Positions 1 to 8,492 of a stretch of DNA of 19,475 bases are shown here, one piece after another. Origin of the DNA: a virus (taxonomy: Duplodnaviria; Heunggongvirae; Uroviricota; Caudoviricetes); IMG/VR virus record IMGVR_UViG_2844449076_000008; one strand, 5' to 3'. The first letter of the stretch is position 1, and every line of letters begins with the position of its first letter. The notes below the pieces were generated by a model. The model saw only the letters and a program-made list of their open reading frames with translations, searched no databases and was not told where the DNA came from. Both the position numbers and the translations under genes were made by a program.

Positions 1-1248
1 TTAACTGATCGGCATTACACCACCGGGACGCGGATTCATATCTTCCAGGTCGCGGCAGTCATTGGAAGAGTAAATTCCCCAGTTGATCCCGGTGGCGTAG
101 GCTTCAAAACGGGACTTCATATCCCCGCGCAGTAACGCCCCGGCGTTAAATTTGGCGTAATAAACGCCCTGCTTACTTTTTCGTACCAGTCCGGTGTTGA
201 TCCGCTGTTCGATGCGGGTCAGATACGGCACCAGTGAATAGTTGATAAATCCCAGCCCCAGCTCTTCGATATTGTTGAAGGTGGCGCGATCGGTGTTCTG
301 CACCATGTGCAACGGCACCCGGAACAGACGACAGATTTCTTCCAGCTGAAACTTGCGGGTTTCCAGGAACTGACTGTCCTCGGCGTTCAGCGCCATCGAC
401 TTCCAGTCCAGCCCCATTTCCAGAATCATCGGGCGGTGAGCATTGCCAAGCCCCGTGTGACACTCCTCAAAATCTTTCTTCAGACGCTCGTAAGCATCCG
501 GCGTGAGCTTTTGTTCCGTACGCAACACACCGGATGTCACCGCACCATTACTAAACAACCTGGCACCGTGCTCCTCGGTTGCCGCTGCCAGTGAAATGGC
601 CTCACGCGCATACGCAATGGGATTCAGCCCGACAAGTCCATCCAGCGTCAGGGTGCGCACATGCCAGATTTCATTCTGGGTCAACACATCCACGGAACCA
701 TCCGGAAACGTCACCTGATAAACCGGCTGCCACTGGCTGTTCAGCTTCGGTTCCACACAGCCCGGATCTATCGGAAGAAGCTCCACCACTTCTCCCAGTG
801 CCTTTACCTTGTAGGCGTAAAAATTCCCCCGTAGACACAGGCAGACAATAACCAGCTCCCAGAATTCCTGCGGTGTCATGTAGCCATTAGGTTTTGCCGA
901 AACCAACTTATGCAGTCGTTCATCCACCGCCCGTGTTTTCAGGGTACCGCTGATTTTGTAGAGACTGCAGGGCAGCATACCAACAGACTCTGCCAGCACC
1001 CTGACGCAAGAATAGACCGCCGTCAGGCGCATGGCCCGCTGGCTACTGATCCGCTTTCCGGTATAGGTGTCGTATGACAGCCCGATAGCATCAGCAGTTC
1101 TGCTGGCGTGGTCACCGGCACATCGCTTTTTCGTTGAAATAATCCCGAAAAGAACACTATTTACCTCCGCCGACAGACTGCCGTGTACGGTCGAGATATC
1201 GCGCCACCAGCCACGACCAGAACAGGCACAGCGCCCCGGCAACAACAA
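1..1248 (-). CDS. phage portal protein (HK97-family-like); start codon uncertain
   Basis: 415-codon ORF ending in TAA at bp 1-3, directly downstream of the large terminase. Portal-like N-terminal motif [18 protein letters not shown] opens on TTG at 1248; no in-frame ATG or GTG until the ATG at 1030-1032; the first ~30 codons overlap a separate small ORF in another frame. Confidence 0.75.
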   Translation of the reverse strand: MLLPGRCACSGRGWWRDISTVHGSLSAEVNSVLFGIISTKKRCAGDHASRTADAIGLSYDTYTGKRISSQRAMRLTAVYSCVRVLAESVGMLPCSLYKISGTLKTRAVDERLHKLVSAKPNGYMTPQEFWELVIVCLCLRGNFYAYKVKALGEVVELLPIDPGCVEPKLNSQWQPVYQVTFPDGSVDVLTQNEIWHVRTLTLDGLVGLNPIAYAREAISLAAATEEHGARLFSNGAVTSGVLRTEQKLTPDAYERLKKDFEECHTGLGNAHRPMILEMGLDWKSMALNAEDSQFLETRKFQLEEICRLFRVPLHMVQNTDRATFNNIEELGLGFINYSLVPYLTRIEQRINTGLVRKSKQGVYYAKFNAGALLRGDMKSRFEAYATGINWGIYSSNDCRDLEDMNPRPGGVMPIS

Positions 1249-1339
1249 AACCCGCCGGGGGATAAATCAGCCAGGCACCATACGCCAGCAAAAGCGCACC
1301 CAGCACGCCCACCAGAGGCGCGAGAATCAGCATGATCAT
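1157..1339 (-). CDS. small hydrophobic (two-helix) membrane protein, unknown function
   Basis: 60-aa ORF with ATG at 1337-1339 preceded by GAGGT at good spacing; product is strongly hydrophobic ([45 protein letters not shown]). Sits between large terminase and portal. Confidence 0.45.
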   Translation of the reverse strand: MIMLILAPLVGVLGALLLAYGAWLIYPPAGFVVAGALCLFWSWLVARYLDRTRQSVGGGK

Positions 1340-1350
1340 AATTACCTCAG

Positions 1351-3084
1351 TTAAAGCGAGCGGATCCCGTAGGACTCAATGTGGTCAGACAGCGTGTCTT
1401 CTTTCTCGTACAGCATGGCTCTGCCAACCGCCATAATCAGCGCAACTGCACCATCGATTTTGTTTTCCGCCTGCTCTTTGACGGGTTTCACCACATCATC
1501 GTTACCCGGCATGTTTTTGCCGACCACGTTGCCGATACACCAGGTCATGATGGGATTGCCGTCATGATGAAAACGTCCCGATTCAATCGCTGCTTCCAGC
1601 TCTTTCATCGGATCGGACATATTGGTGAAGTTCTGGACGATAGTGACGGGATTCAGGTCTTCATCAGCAAGGTCATGTGACAACCCGGTCGCCCCGAAGG
1701 GGTCGATGGGTGACTCACTGACCGGGCTGATTTTGTTCGCCGCTTTGGCCTCCTCGAGGATGTAGCGATAATCCACCTCCGCACCATCGGTAACGGTCAG
1801 AACGCCCATTTCCACCCATTTCTGAAAGCGTTCGGCTGTCCGTCGATCTTCATTTTTCTCGACGCTGTACACCGTGTCATACGGTACCCAGAAACGCGGG
1901 GCCACACTGTAGTAATGCGTTTTACCGTCAATCTCGCGGGTATAAAGTCGCGCCATGCTGTTCATATCCAGCTTACGCGCCAGGTCAAAGGCCAGAATGC
2001 ACGGCTGCCCCTCGAACTGCTCAAGGGTCAGTGATTTATCCTCGCAGCTCTGCCAGCTCACCAAGTTGAAATACGCCGAACGCGCCGACACCCAGATATT
2101 GAGGTGTTTTGTTTTAAAGACGTTTGCCAGACGGGCGTTATTTTTCGCACGCTGCTGCTGACTTAACAAAAATTCGCGATAAACCGACACGCCAATATTT
2201 GGATTGGCTTTTTCCAGCACCTGCGGGCCGGTCCAGTCGTCACCTTCATCAACGGTATAGATGATCCCGAACAGTTCATCGTTAGGCACCGAGCCGTTGA
2301 GCATCTCGATGACTTCCCGCCGCTTGTCGTAGCACGGCCCCTCAATGTTGTACCCGGCGGTGGTGATGGCCCACATCAGTGGCTGACGTCGCGCCCCCAT
2401 CCCGGTAAGCATTGTGGTATAAAGCGCATCGGTGGCATGCTCGTGATATTCATCAACCACGGCACAGTGGGGTGATGAACCATCACCTGGGTTGCCGATC
2501 AGCGGTTCAAACCGCGCGCCATCCTCCGGACGGTTCATGTTTGAGGCGTTAACCTCAATCCCGAACGCTTCCGTCAGCATGGGTGTGCGTTTACACATCA
2601 GTCGCGCCGGGCGAAAGACTTCCCACGCCTGTTTCTCTGTCGTGGCACCGGAATACACTTCCGCGCCAAACTCGTTATCACAGGCAAAACAATACAGGGC
2701 AACACCGGCAGAGATTGCTGATTTGCCGTTCTTACGGGGGATTTCGGTGTACACCTCCCGGAAGCGGCGCAACCGGGTGCCTTTATTGACCCAGCCAAAC
2801 GCACAGCAGATCACAAATAGCTGCCACGGCTCCAGCGTGATGGGCATCCGTTTGAATGCCCACTCCCCCTTGGTGTGCGGCAACAGCTGAATAAATTTCG
2901 CGGCCCGTTCAGCCAGGTCCTTGTCGAAGCGGTAACGAAACGACTTACTTTTTTCCGCCATCAGGTCATCAAGATGGCGCTGGCAGGCCTGAATCACAAA
3001 CTGGCAGGCAACAATCTTTCCGCGCACGACATCCCGGGCATACTGATTTGCAGCATTTACGTTGGGGTAAGATTTCCGGCTCAT
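1351..3084 (-). CDS. phage terminase large subunit
   Basis: 577-aa ORF with Walker A-like PRKNGKS and Walker B-like VVDEYHEH motifs; overlaps the small terminase stop by 4 nt; followed by the portal gene. Confidence 0.9.
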   Translation of the reverse strand: MSRKSYPNVNAANQYARDVVRGKIVACQFVIQACQRHLDDLMAEKSKSFRYRFDKDLAERAAKFIQLLPHTKGEWAFKRMPITLEPWQLFVICCAFGWVNKGTRLRRFREVYTEIPRKNGKSAISAGVALYCFACDNEFGAEVYSGATTEKQAWEVFRPARLMCKRTPMLTEAFGIEVNASNMNRPEDGARFEPLIGNPGDGSSPHCAVVDEYHEHATDALYTTMLTGMGARRQPLMWAITTAGYNIEGPCYDKRREVIEMLNGSVPNDELFGIIYTVDEGDDWTGPQVLEKANPNIGVSVYREFLLSQQQRAKNNARLANVFKTKHLNIWVSARSAYFNLVSWQSCEDKSLTLEQFEGQPCILAFDLARKLDMNSMARLYTREIDGKTHYYSVAPRFWVPYDTVYSVEKNEDRRTAERFQKWVEMGVLTVTDGAEVDYRYILEEAKAANKISPVSESPIDPFGATGLSHDLADEDLNPVTIVQNFTNMSDPMKELEAAIESGRFHHDGNPIMTWCIGNVVGKNMPGNDDVVKPVKEQAENKIDGAVALIMAVGRAMLYEKEDTLSDHIESYGIRSL

Positions 3085-3575
3085 GATTCGATAATTTTCA
3101 GAAACGGGTTAGTGGCTTTCTTCTGCCCCGCCAGGCCAATCAGACGCTGGCGGCTGCTGGGGTCGAGTCCGAGCATTGCCCCCGTGCTGCTCATCTCGGA
3201 CTCCTGTTCTTTTTTGGCGGTCAGCTCCGGATTTTTGACCCTGCCGCCCATTGCACCGGTGATGGTGTTGCCCTGTATGGCAATATTTTTCACGGCACGT
3301 CGCCAGAACTCATAGGCCACGCACCACCGCTCAAGTACCGCCAGGTCAGTCACGCACAGCAGGCCCTGACCGCAGAGTTCTTTGGTTGTCAGTTGCCACA
3401 TGATCGTGGCGAGAGGGAGATCTTCTTCAGCGAACCACTCTGGTGGCTCAACACCTTTGATGGGCGTAAAAACAGGTTCATCTTTGTTCAGGGCTCGCTT
3501 GCCGGGGTTTCCGGCCAGCGCCTTGCGCGCCGTTGGCTTGGGGCGACGCCCGGAACGCCCCGCCGTTCCAGCCAT
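3081..3575 (-). CDS. phage terminase small subunit (P27-family-like)
   Basis: ORF 3081-3584; the ATG at 3573-3575 ([27 protein letters not shown]...) is preceded by AGGAG. Basic N-terminus followed by GNPGKR, as recalled for P27-type small terminases; lies immediately upstream of the large terminase. Confidence 0.8.
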   Translation of the reverse strand: MAGTAGRSGRRPKPTARKALAGNPGKRALNKDEPVFTPIKGVEPPEWFAEEDLPLATIMWQLTTKELCGQGLLCVTDLAVLERWCVAYEFWRRAVKNIAIQGNTITGAMGGRVKNPELTAKKEQESEMSSTGAMLGLDPSSRQRLIGLAGQKKATNPFLKIIES

Positions 3576-3625
3576 ATGCGGCACTCCTGGTTAAATTTCA
3601 TTTTTCGCGGGTATAAAAAAACGAT

Positions 3626-3674
3626 GGGGCGGGCAGTCCGGAAGACGTCAGGTCACAGGGATTTGCCCCGCCCC
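3626..3674. other. candidate cos / packaging-site region (GC-rich imperfect inverted repeat)
   Basis: GGGGCGGGCAGTCC ... CCCCGCCCC between the HNH gene and the small terminase gene, the position where HK97-type phages carry cos. The G/C-rich core is reminiscent of lambda cosN (GGGCGGCGACCT). Not proven. Confidence 0.3.
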
Positions 3675-3696
3675 TCCCTACAAGTGAGAATAATTA

Positions 3697-4047
3697 TCAC
3701 CGGATTCGTTCGCGCGCTGTTTTCGCTTTATGGCAGGGCCAGCACAGACTCTGCAGGTTGCTGTCTGCGTCTGTTCCGCCATGCGCTTTCGGGATGATGT
3801 GGTCGACGGTTTTCGCCTCGCTCACCACACCGACACGCAGACACAACTGACACAGACCTTTATCGCGCTTCAGAATACGGGCACGAATCACCGTCCATTT
3901 TGAGCCATAGCCACGCTGGTGGCGGCTCAGTCCGCGCTGGTGCTGCACCCAGCCTTCACCGCGATGTTTATCGCAGTAACCCGAACTGTCTGTGGTTGTA
4001 CCTGCACATCCACGCTTACGGCAGGCACGTGGGATTAGTGATGGCAT
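3697..4047 (-). CDS. phage HNH endonuclease (packaging-associated)
   Basis: 116 aa with paired CxxC motifs and an HNH core (CQLCLRVGVVSEAKTVDHIIPKAHGGTDADSNLQSLCWPCH); GAGGT RBS; located directly upstream of the terminase genes. Confidence 0.85.
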   Translation of the reverse strand: MPSLIPRACRKRGCAGTTTDSSGYCDKHRGEGWVQHQRGLSRHQRGYGSKWTVIRARILKRDKGLCQLCLRVGVVSEAKTVDHIIPKAHGGTDADSNLQSLCWPCHKAKTARERIR

Positions 4048-4089
4048 AAATACCTCATACCCTGCGAAATGTTTACCACGATAAAAAGG

Positions 4090-4554
4090 CTACTTAATGC
4101 ACTGAGTGCGGATATACTCCTGTGCCCCTTCCAGTTGCATCTGCATCGTCATCAGCCGCTCTCTGAGGGTGAAATAATCCCGTTCAGCGGTGTCTGCCAG
4201 TCGGGGGCTGGTTGCATTATCCACGCCGGAGGCGGTGGTGGCTTCACGCACTGACTGACAGACTGCTTTGATGTGCAACCGACGACGACCAGCGGCAACA
4301 TCAGCGCGCAGAGTTTCATTTTCAGCTTTCGCATCAGCTAACTCCTTCGTGTATTTAGCATCGAGTGCATTAACATCACGCTGTCTCTGCTGCATGTCAG
4401 TAATGGTTGCGTTCGCCAGCTTCAGTTCTCTTGCGTTTTTGTCGCGCTGCTCTTTGTAGGTAATGGCGTTATCACGGTAATGATTAACAGCCCATGACAG
4501 GCAGACGATGATGCAGATAACCAGAGCGGAGATAATCGCGGTGACTCTGCTCAT
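4090..4554 (-). CDS. Rz-like i-spanin
   Basis: ORF 4090-4566; the ATG at 4552-4554 overlaps the endolysin stop (ATGA). N-terminal TM helix followed by a charged coiled-coil-like periplasmic domain; contains the embedded Rz1 ORF in the +1 frame. Confidence 0.8.
   Translation of the reverse strand: MSRVTAIISALVICIIVCLSWAVNHYRDNAITYKEQRDKNARELKLANATITDMQQRQRDVNALDAKYTKELADAKAENETLRADVAAGRRRLHIKAVCQSVREATTASGVDNATSPRLADTAERDYFTLRERLMTMQMQLEGAQEYIRTQCIK
4152..4334 (-). CDS. Rz1-like o-spanin lipoprotein (embedded in Rz)
   Basis: 60 aa with signal peptide and lipobox (LPLVVVGC) and a proline-rich mature part (PPPPPA); wholly inside the Rz reading frame in another frame. Confidence 0.7.
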   Translation of the reverse strand: MRKLKMKLCALMLPLVVVGCTSKQSVSQCVKPPPPPAWIMQPAPDWQTPLNGIISPSESG

Positions 4555-5048
4555 TGCTGCCCCCACAAACAGACTTCACGCTCAATCTCACGACGGGTCA
4601 TCAGCCCTTTCCATTGCTTACCGCCAGCATATGTCCAGCGACGTAGCTGGTCACATGCGCCTTTGATATCGCCCTGGTTTATTTTGCGAAGAAGCGTCGA
4701 TGTTCTGAAATTGCCAGCGCCCACGTTGTAAACGAACGAGTAAAGAGCGCCGCGCGTTGTTTCCGGTATATCGACTTTGATGTACGGGTTAATTTGTCTG
4801 GCGACAGTGGCAAGGTCTTTATTCAGGAGGGCTTTGCATTCTGCTTCGGTATACGTTTTACCGAGCATGATGTCTTTTCCGGTGTGTCCGTGACATACAG
4901 TCCATACACCAATGATATCTTTGTATGGTATGTAGCTGACACCTTCCAGACCATCGTTACCACCTGGGCCAGTGATTAACACAGATGCTATAGCAACAGC
5001 CCCACCACCAATAGCAGCTGCAACAGCCTTGCGTAATGATGGCGACAT
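4551..5048 (-). CDS. phage endolysin, T4-lysozyme-like fold with SAR-type N-terminus
   Basis: 165 aa; Gly/Ala-rich weakly hydrophobic N-terminus ([20 protein letters not shown]) followed by E-x8-D-x5-T catalytic spacing ([16 protein letters not shown]); start ATG overlaps the holin stop (TAATG). Confidence 0.88.
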   Translation of the reverse strand: MSPSLRKAVAAAIGGGAVAIASVLITGPGGNDGLEGVSYIPYKDIIGVWTVCHGHTGKDIMLGKTYTEAECKALLNKDLATVARQINPYIKVDIPETTRGALYSFVYNVGAGNFRTSTLLRKINQGDIKGACDQLRRWTYAGGKQWKGLMTRREIEREVCLWGQQ

Positions 5049-5263
5049 TATTCACCTCTCGCAGCCTTACGCTTGTCTTCTCTTATTTTGAAATACAGAT
5101 TTGTCAGATAAGTCAGAAGCCCCAGAAGCAGACTTCCCAGCACACCAATCGCAGCCCACTGTGATGGACTGACCTGATCCAACCACTGCAAAAACCAGTA
5201 GCCGGCACTGCCGGCGGAGGTGCCGTAGGCAATGCCTGTTGATATTTTTTCCATCTGATACAT
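5048..5263 (-). CDS. holin (small class II / pinholin-like)
   Basis: 71 aa with two hydrophobic helices and a charged C-terminus ([13 protein letters not shown]); immediately upstream of and overlapping the SAR endolysin. Resembles S21/EssD-type holins as recalled. Confidence 0.8.
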   Translation of the reverse strand: MYQMEKISTGIAYGTSAGSAGYWFLQWLDQVSPSQWAAIGVLGSLLLGLLTYLTNLYFKIREDKRKAARGE

Positions 5264-5298
5264 ATCCCGCCCCCCGACAGACCTGTGCTATCGGAAAG

Positions 5299-5329
5299 AA
5301 AAAAGGCCATCAGCAAAACTCTGATGGCC
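5299..5329 (-). terminator. Rho-independent terminator (minus strand) just upstream of the lysis cassette
   Basis: Perfect 9-bp stem GGCCATCAG / CTGATGGCC with a 7-nt loop (5305-5329), followed on the minus strand by TTTTTT (5299-5304). Confidence 0.6.
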
Positions 5330-5943
5330 TGAATCACCTTTACCAATATTGTATGAAAAAACACGCACGACTAATTGACAATAATTTTCATTTCCATTAA
5401 AAAAGATCGCGTAGCATTCTTAATTCATGAGGAACTTTACCCGCCAGCAATCTGAGTAGCGAAAGCTGTTCATCCCCAATGTTTTTGCTGGCGGGTCCTT
5501 TTTTCTACGGTCCTCCTCCCCGGAGGGGGGCATTTCATTATTTTTCTAATCGTTACTGGTGAGAAGGCGGAAGAAAAAGCCAGTTCTTCGCCCCTAAATA
5601 ACAGCATGATTCCAGTCCATGCAAAATCTGATTTCCAGCTCACACATACCGAGCGCTGTACAAAAAACCGCCAGCCAAGGCAGTTAAGAGTGTGTTCCCG
5701 GGGTTTGCTTAGAATATTTTGTAAGTTGTCCGAAGAGATATTTACAACACCAGAATGATGAATCATCAGTCCCCTGCCAGAGGTTCACTACGTAACCTGA
5801 CCGACAATGCACCATTCTGGTGCTGAAAAAAGAGCACTGGAACTGCAACAAAACAACATCACAGAACAGGAGATGGTAAGGAGTCAGACATTCCCACACA
5901 ATATTGTGTCAGTGCAAATAACAACCTTCGTCTCAAATCTCGC

Positions 5944-6018
<75 letters not shown>

Positions 6019-6021
6019 ATA

Positions 6022-6097
<76 letters not shown>

Positions 6098-6099
6098 GC

Positions 6100-6176
6100 T
6101 GGCCCACCACCGAGGACTCGAACCTCGCACCGTCAACTTAGAAGGTTGATGCTCTATCCGGATGAGCTAGTGGTGG
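6100..6176 (-). tRNA. tRNA-Arg (anticodon UCU)
   Basis: Acceptor CCACCAC/GTGGTGG, D-stem GCTC/GAGC, anticodon stem TCAAC/GTTGA, loop CTTCTAA, T-arm CGAGG-TTCGAGT-CCTCG, CCA encoded. Confidence 0.8.
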
Positions 6177-6177
6177 T

Positions 6178-6254
6178 TGGTGGCCCTTGCTGGACTTGAA
6201 CCAGCGACCTGGCGATTATGAGTCGCTCGCTCTGACCAACTGAGCTAAAGGGCC
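6178..6254 (-). tRNA. tRNA with CAU anticodon, ileX/ileY-like (tRNA-Ile2 lysidine type; could be called tRNA-Met by anticodon alone)
   Basis: GGCCCTTTAGCTCAG...CGACTCATAATCGCC...GGTTCAAGTCCAGCAAGGGCCACCA; homologous over its whole length to the ileY-like tRNA at 17601-17676 in this window. Confidence 0.8.
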
Positions 6255-6263
6255 GGAGGCAGA

Positions 6264-6292
6264 ATAATAACCATATGTCATCACATCTGCAA
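6264..6292 (-). promoter_or_regulatory. candidate sigma70 promoter for the tRNA array
   Basis: Minus strand TTGCAG (6287-6292), 17-bp spacer, TATTAT (6264-6269); predicted start 2-3 nt upstream of the first tRNA 5' end at 6254. Confidence 0.4.
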
Positions 6293-6342
6293 ACTCATCT
6301 GACCACCAGCACGTTTAACGTCCTGTGCCGTTTTTCAGGTAT

Positions 6343-6365
6343 AAAAAAACCCGCTCATCGGCGGG
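6343..6365 (-). terminator. Rho-independent terminator downstream of the ORF6N gene
   Basis: Stem CCCGC / GCGGG with 6-nt loop (6350-6365), followed on the minus strand by a 7-T run (6343-6349). Confidence 0.6.
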
Positions 6366-6443
6366 TTTAAGCTGTGTGGCGTAGTAACCACTCTTAACAG
6401 GATATTCAACTTTTTACGATCGTAAAGTTTTCGGAAAAAATTT

Positions 6444-7007
6444 TTAAAACCGCATCAACCGCTCCACCAGTTGCTCTTTACGGGCAACGATCCACCCGTG
6501 TTGCTCCAGATAAAATTTAAACCGTTCCAGAGTACATACCATCGCATCGGCGGGTACCTTTTCCGTGAACTCAACCTGACCGTGTTTATCGAAGTGGCTC
6601 AGTAATGCGCATCCATCATTTTCGATAGATGTGTTTTGTGCCGCTGGTGGCTGTTTCTGGTTGAAATAACAGTCTTCCAGTTTTTCGAACACTTCCCACG
6701 CCTGATCGGTTTCGAGCATTTTGGCGTGACGGGCTGCGCCACGTTCTGTCCAGAGGATGAGGGAGCGAACGTTACGGGCAATTTTCACAGAAACTCTTAA
6801 AGAGTTTTCGTTCTTCAACTCTCGTAACGCATCACCTTCTATCAGGAAAAAATGTTTACCTTCTATAAACCGTTCTTTGTTTCGATTGAAATTGTTTGTC
6901 AAACGCTGGCGCTCTGTTCCGTACAAATCAGCCAGCAGCTCTGTTGTCATGACAGGAAGATGGTTATGCGTAAGTGACGGGAGTTTTTCAATAGACGTGC
7001 GATTCAT
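6444..7007 (-). CDS. ORF6N-domain protein with KilAC-like C-terminus (phage antirepressor-like)
   Basis: ORF runs to 7205, but the ATG at 7005-7007 has an AGGA RBS at 7-nt spacing (MNRTSIEKLP...). Central region (LPVMTTELLADLYGTERQRLTNNFNRNKERFIEGKHFFLIEGDALRELK...RVSVKIARNVRSLILWTERGAARHAKMLETDQAWEVFEKLED) matches my recollection of the ORF6N DNA-binding domain. Confidence 0.55.
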   Translation of the reverse strand: MNRTSIEKLPSLTHNHLPVMTTELLADLYGTERQRLTNNFNRNKERFIEGKHFFLIEGDALRELKNENSLRVSVKIARNVRSLILWTERGAARHAKMLETDQAWEVFEKLEDCYFNQKQPPAAQNTSIENDGCALLSHFDKHGQVEFTEKVPADAMVCTLERFKFYLEQHGWIVARKEQLVERLMRF

Positions 7008-7364
7008 AGACATGTCCTTTCGAATATTTTGATTTACCCCTTTTGAGAGGGTGACCGGGCGCTCAAAACCGTCGAAAGTCGGCGGGCGTATTTCCATTGC
7101 TGGTATTGTATTAGCCGCACACCCGGTCATAAACCAAGAATTCTGGACACAAAAAAACCACATGGCTATCGGGTGTGGATACCGCTTTCGAGGTGTTTTG
7201 AGCACCGCGGGGAAATGTAAACTGCAAACCTGAAACTGTCAACACCGTCAGGTTCCAATCATCGGGTGGTGAGACGCACAGGGTTGGAACTACCGGGAAA
7301 CCGACCGGCGAGCTTTTCAGCTCCCCCATGCGCCCCACCATAATTCAGATGTGCGCGTGCATAC

Positions 7365-7392
7365 GACAATAAAAAACACGCTCGCGGCGTGT
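7365..7392 (-). terminator. tR'-like terminator downstream of the late promoter
   Basis: Stem ACACGC / GCGTGT with loop TCGCG (7376-7392), followed on the minus strand by TTTTTTATTGTC. Confidence 0.5.
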
Positions 7393-7453
7393 GTCTGTCG
7401 CGGTCTCTATCCGGGGTTCCAATCCCGACGCCAGATTTTGCTGGCGCGTGAGG

Positions 7454-7483
7454 AATATAGCCCCGGACAATGTGTCTGGTCAA
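7454..7483 (-). promoter_or_regulatory. pR'-like late promoter (Q-utilisation region expected to overlap)
   Basis: Minus strand TTGACC (7478-7483), 18-bp spacer, TATATT (7454-7459), beginning 5 nt after the Q stop codon; followed by hairpin CGCCAG-ATTTTG-CTGGCG at about 7430-7447 and then the tR'-like terminator. Confidence 0.5.
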
Positions 7484-7487
7484 GCAC

Positions 7488-7874
7488 CTACATAATTCGT
7501 TCTACGTATCTGTCCATCTCCAGCCGGATATCAAGCATCATCAACATGCCATCAATAACCCCTTCCGCTTTCTGCAGGCGCTTGCCAATACAGGTATCCG
7601 AACACCCATGTTTCCGTGCCAGACTCATAAAAGTCATTCCACCTACGTAATAATCCACCAGCAAATCGTGCAAATCCTGATTTTTCTTGTTCAACCGGGC
7701 CATACAGCCACAAATTATCATTGCATCATCATCAGAACACTGAGGGCGTGATTTCACTTTCGACGGAATTAACCCTTTAAAACCAGCAGCGATCGACGCC
7801 CAGGATACATCTTCATGAGTGTTTGCAGCCCAAGCCCCCCACCGTTCCATAACCTGCTGAATATCACGCGCCAT
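7488..7874 (-). CDS. late-gene antitermination protein Q (Stx-phage 933W-type Q family, from recollection)
   Basis: ORF 7488-7895; the internal ATG at 7872-7874 has an AGGTGA RBS ([23 protein letters not shown]...). Cys-rich motifs [12 protein letters not shown] and CSDTC. Sits directly upstream of the pR'-like promoter and downstream of rusA. Confidence 0.65.
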   Translation of the reverse strand: MARDIQQVMERWGAWAANTHEDVSWASIAAGFKGLIPSKVKSRPQCSDDDAMIICGCMARLNKKNQDLHDLLVDYYVGGMTFMSLARKHGCSDTCIGKRLQKAEGVIDGMLMMLDIRLEMDRYVERIM

Positions 7875-8235
7875 CGTTATCACCTGTGATTTCATAAATC
7901 TTCACGCCCAGTCGCCCACCAGGAACGAGCTGACCGCGCACAATATTGATTTCATCAAACTGCTCGTCGTCTATGAGTAGTCCGGCATGCGTCAGCGCAT
8001 CCAGTGGTGCTTTCAGGATATTGTCCAGGTCACGACGGCGCTTATCCGGTGGCTCTGCAATAATCTTTATCGCCAGCCTTCCGGACAGGTTTAATTTCAG
8101 CCGCTGCTGGCGAACAATTAGCGTCACATCACGGCGATAACGCTCACCAACTTTTGATACAAAATATGTGCTGCCACGACGTCGCCAGTAAGTATTCACC
8201 GTCGGCGGATAAGGTAAAATAAACTCATGGCGCAT
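7864..8235 (-). CDS. rusA: RusA-type Holliday junction resolvase
   Basis: 123 aa; [16 protein letters not shown]-terminal motif and acidic RRRDLDN...DDEQ segment typical of RusA; start overlaps the upstream ORF stop. Confidence 0.85.
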   Translation of the reverse strand: MRHEFILPYPPTVNTYWRRRGSTYFVSKVGERYRRDVTLIVRQQRLKLNLSGRLAIKIIAEPPDKRRRDLDNILKAPLDALTHAGLLIDDEQFDEINIVRGQLVPGGRLGVKIYEITGDNDGA

Positions 8236-8492
8236 CAGCGCAGCACCTCCTGCACCATTTTTTCAAACTTTCCAACTTTGGTTTCCAGCTCTGCCACACA
8301 ATCAACGAGCTCATCCACCGCTTTTTGTGCGCGATGTTTCGCCTGCATCAGTTCCCTGAGCGCTGGCACCATATCCCGACGAATGGCATCTTTTGTTACA
8401 CCTGTTTTTTCCAGTTGTTCCGCCTGTCGCAACATTTCCTGCGCGTGTTTACGCAATTGTTCAGAGGTAAAAGTCATTGTCTGGTTGTTCAA
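8235..8492 (-). CDS. hypothetical protein (predicted helical / coiled-coil), nin-region-like position
   Basis: 85-aa ORF translationally coupled on both sides (4-nt overlap with the helicase stop, 1-nt overlap with the rusA start). No motif recognised. Confidence 0.45.
   Translation of the reverse strand: MNNQTMTFTSEQLRKHAQEMLRQAEQLEKTGVTKDAIRRDMVPALRELMQAKHRAQKAVDELVDCVAELETKVGKFEKMVQEVLR

Noticed and set aside
173-851. ORFs 173-463 (-), 307-594 (+), 503-718 (+), 579-851 (+) within the portal gene
   Set aside because: Alternative-frame or antisense shadows of the portal coding sequence.
1379-3315. Plus-strand ORFs inside the large terminase gene (1379-1567, 1381-1680, 1955-2161, 2492-2890, 2583-2789, 2875-3315)
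   Set aside because: Antisense to a strongly supported conserved gene, no RBS, low-complexity translations; typical shadow ORFs.
5113-5364. 83-aa ORF overlapping the holin in another frame
   Set aside because: Overlaps the well-supported holin and runs through the upstream terminator; no independent support.
5264-5943. Looked for stxAB or another toxin/moron gene in the Q-tRNA-holin slot
   Set aside because: No ORF with an RBS and plausible protein-like composition; the longest frames (5470-5766, 5684-5899) are Cys/Trp/Phe-rich junk-like translations overlapping hairpins.
6444-7205. Full 253-codon extent of the ORF6N ORF
   Set aside because: The 5' 66 codons lack an RBS and have atypical composition; the RBS-supported ATG at 7005-7007 gives a 187-aa product, so the extension was not annotated as coding.
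7051-7483. ORFs 7051-7233 (+), 7111-7341 (-), 7259-7483 (-) between Q and the ORF6N gene
   Set aside because: They overlap the promoter/terminator structures and each other; Arg/Pro/Gly-rich translations without RBS; the region is better explained as the pR'-tR' regulatory interval.
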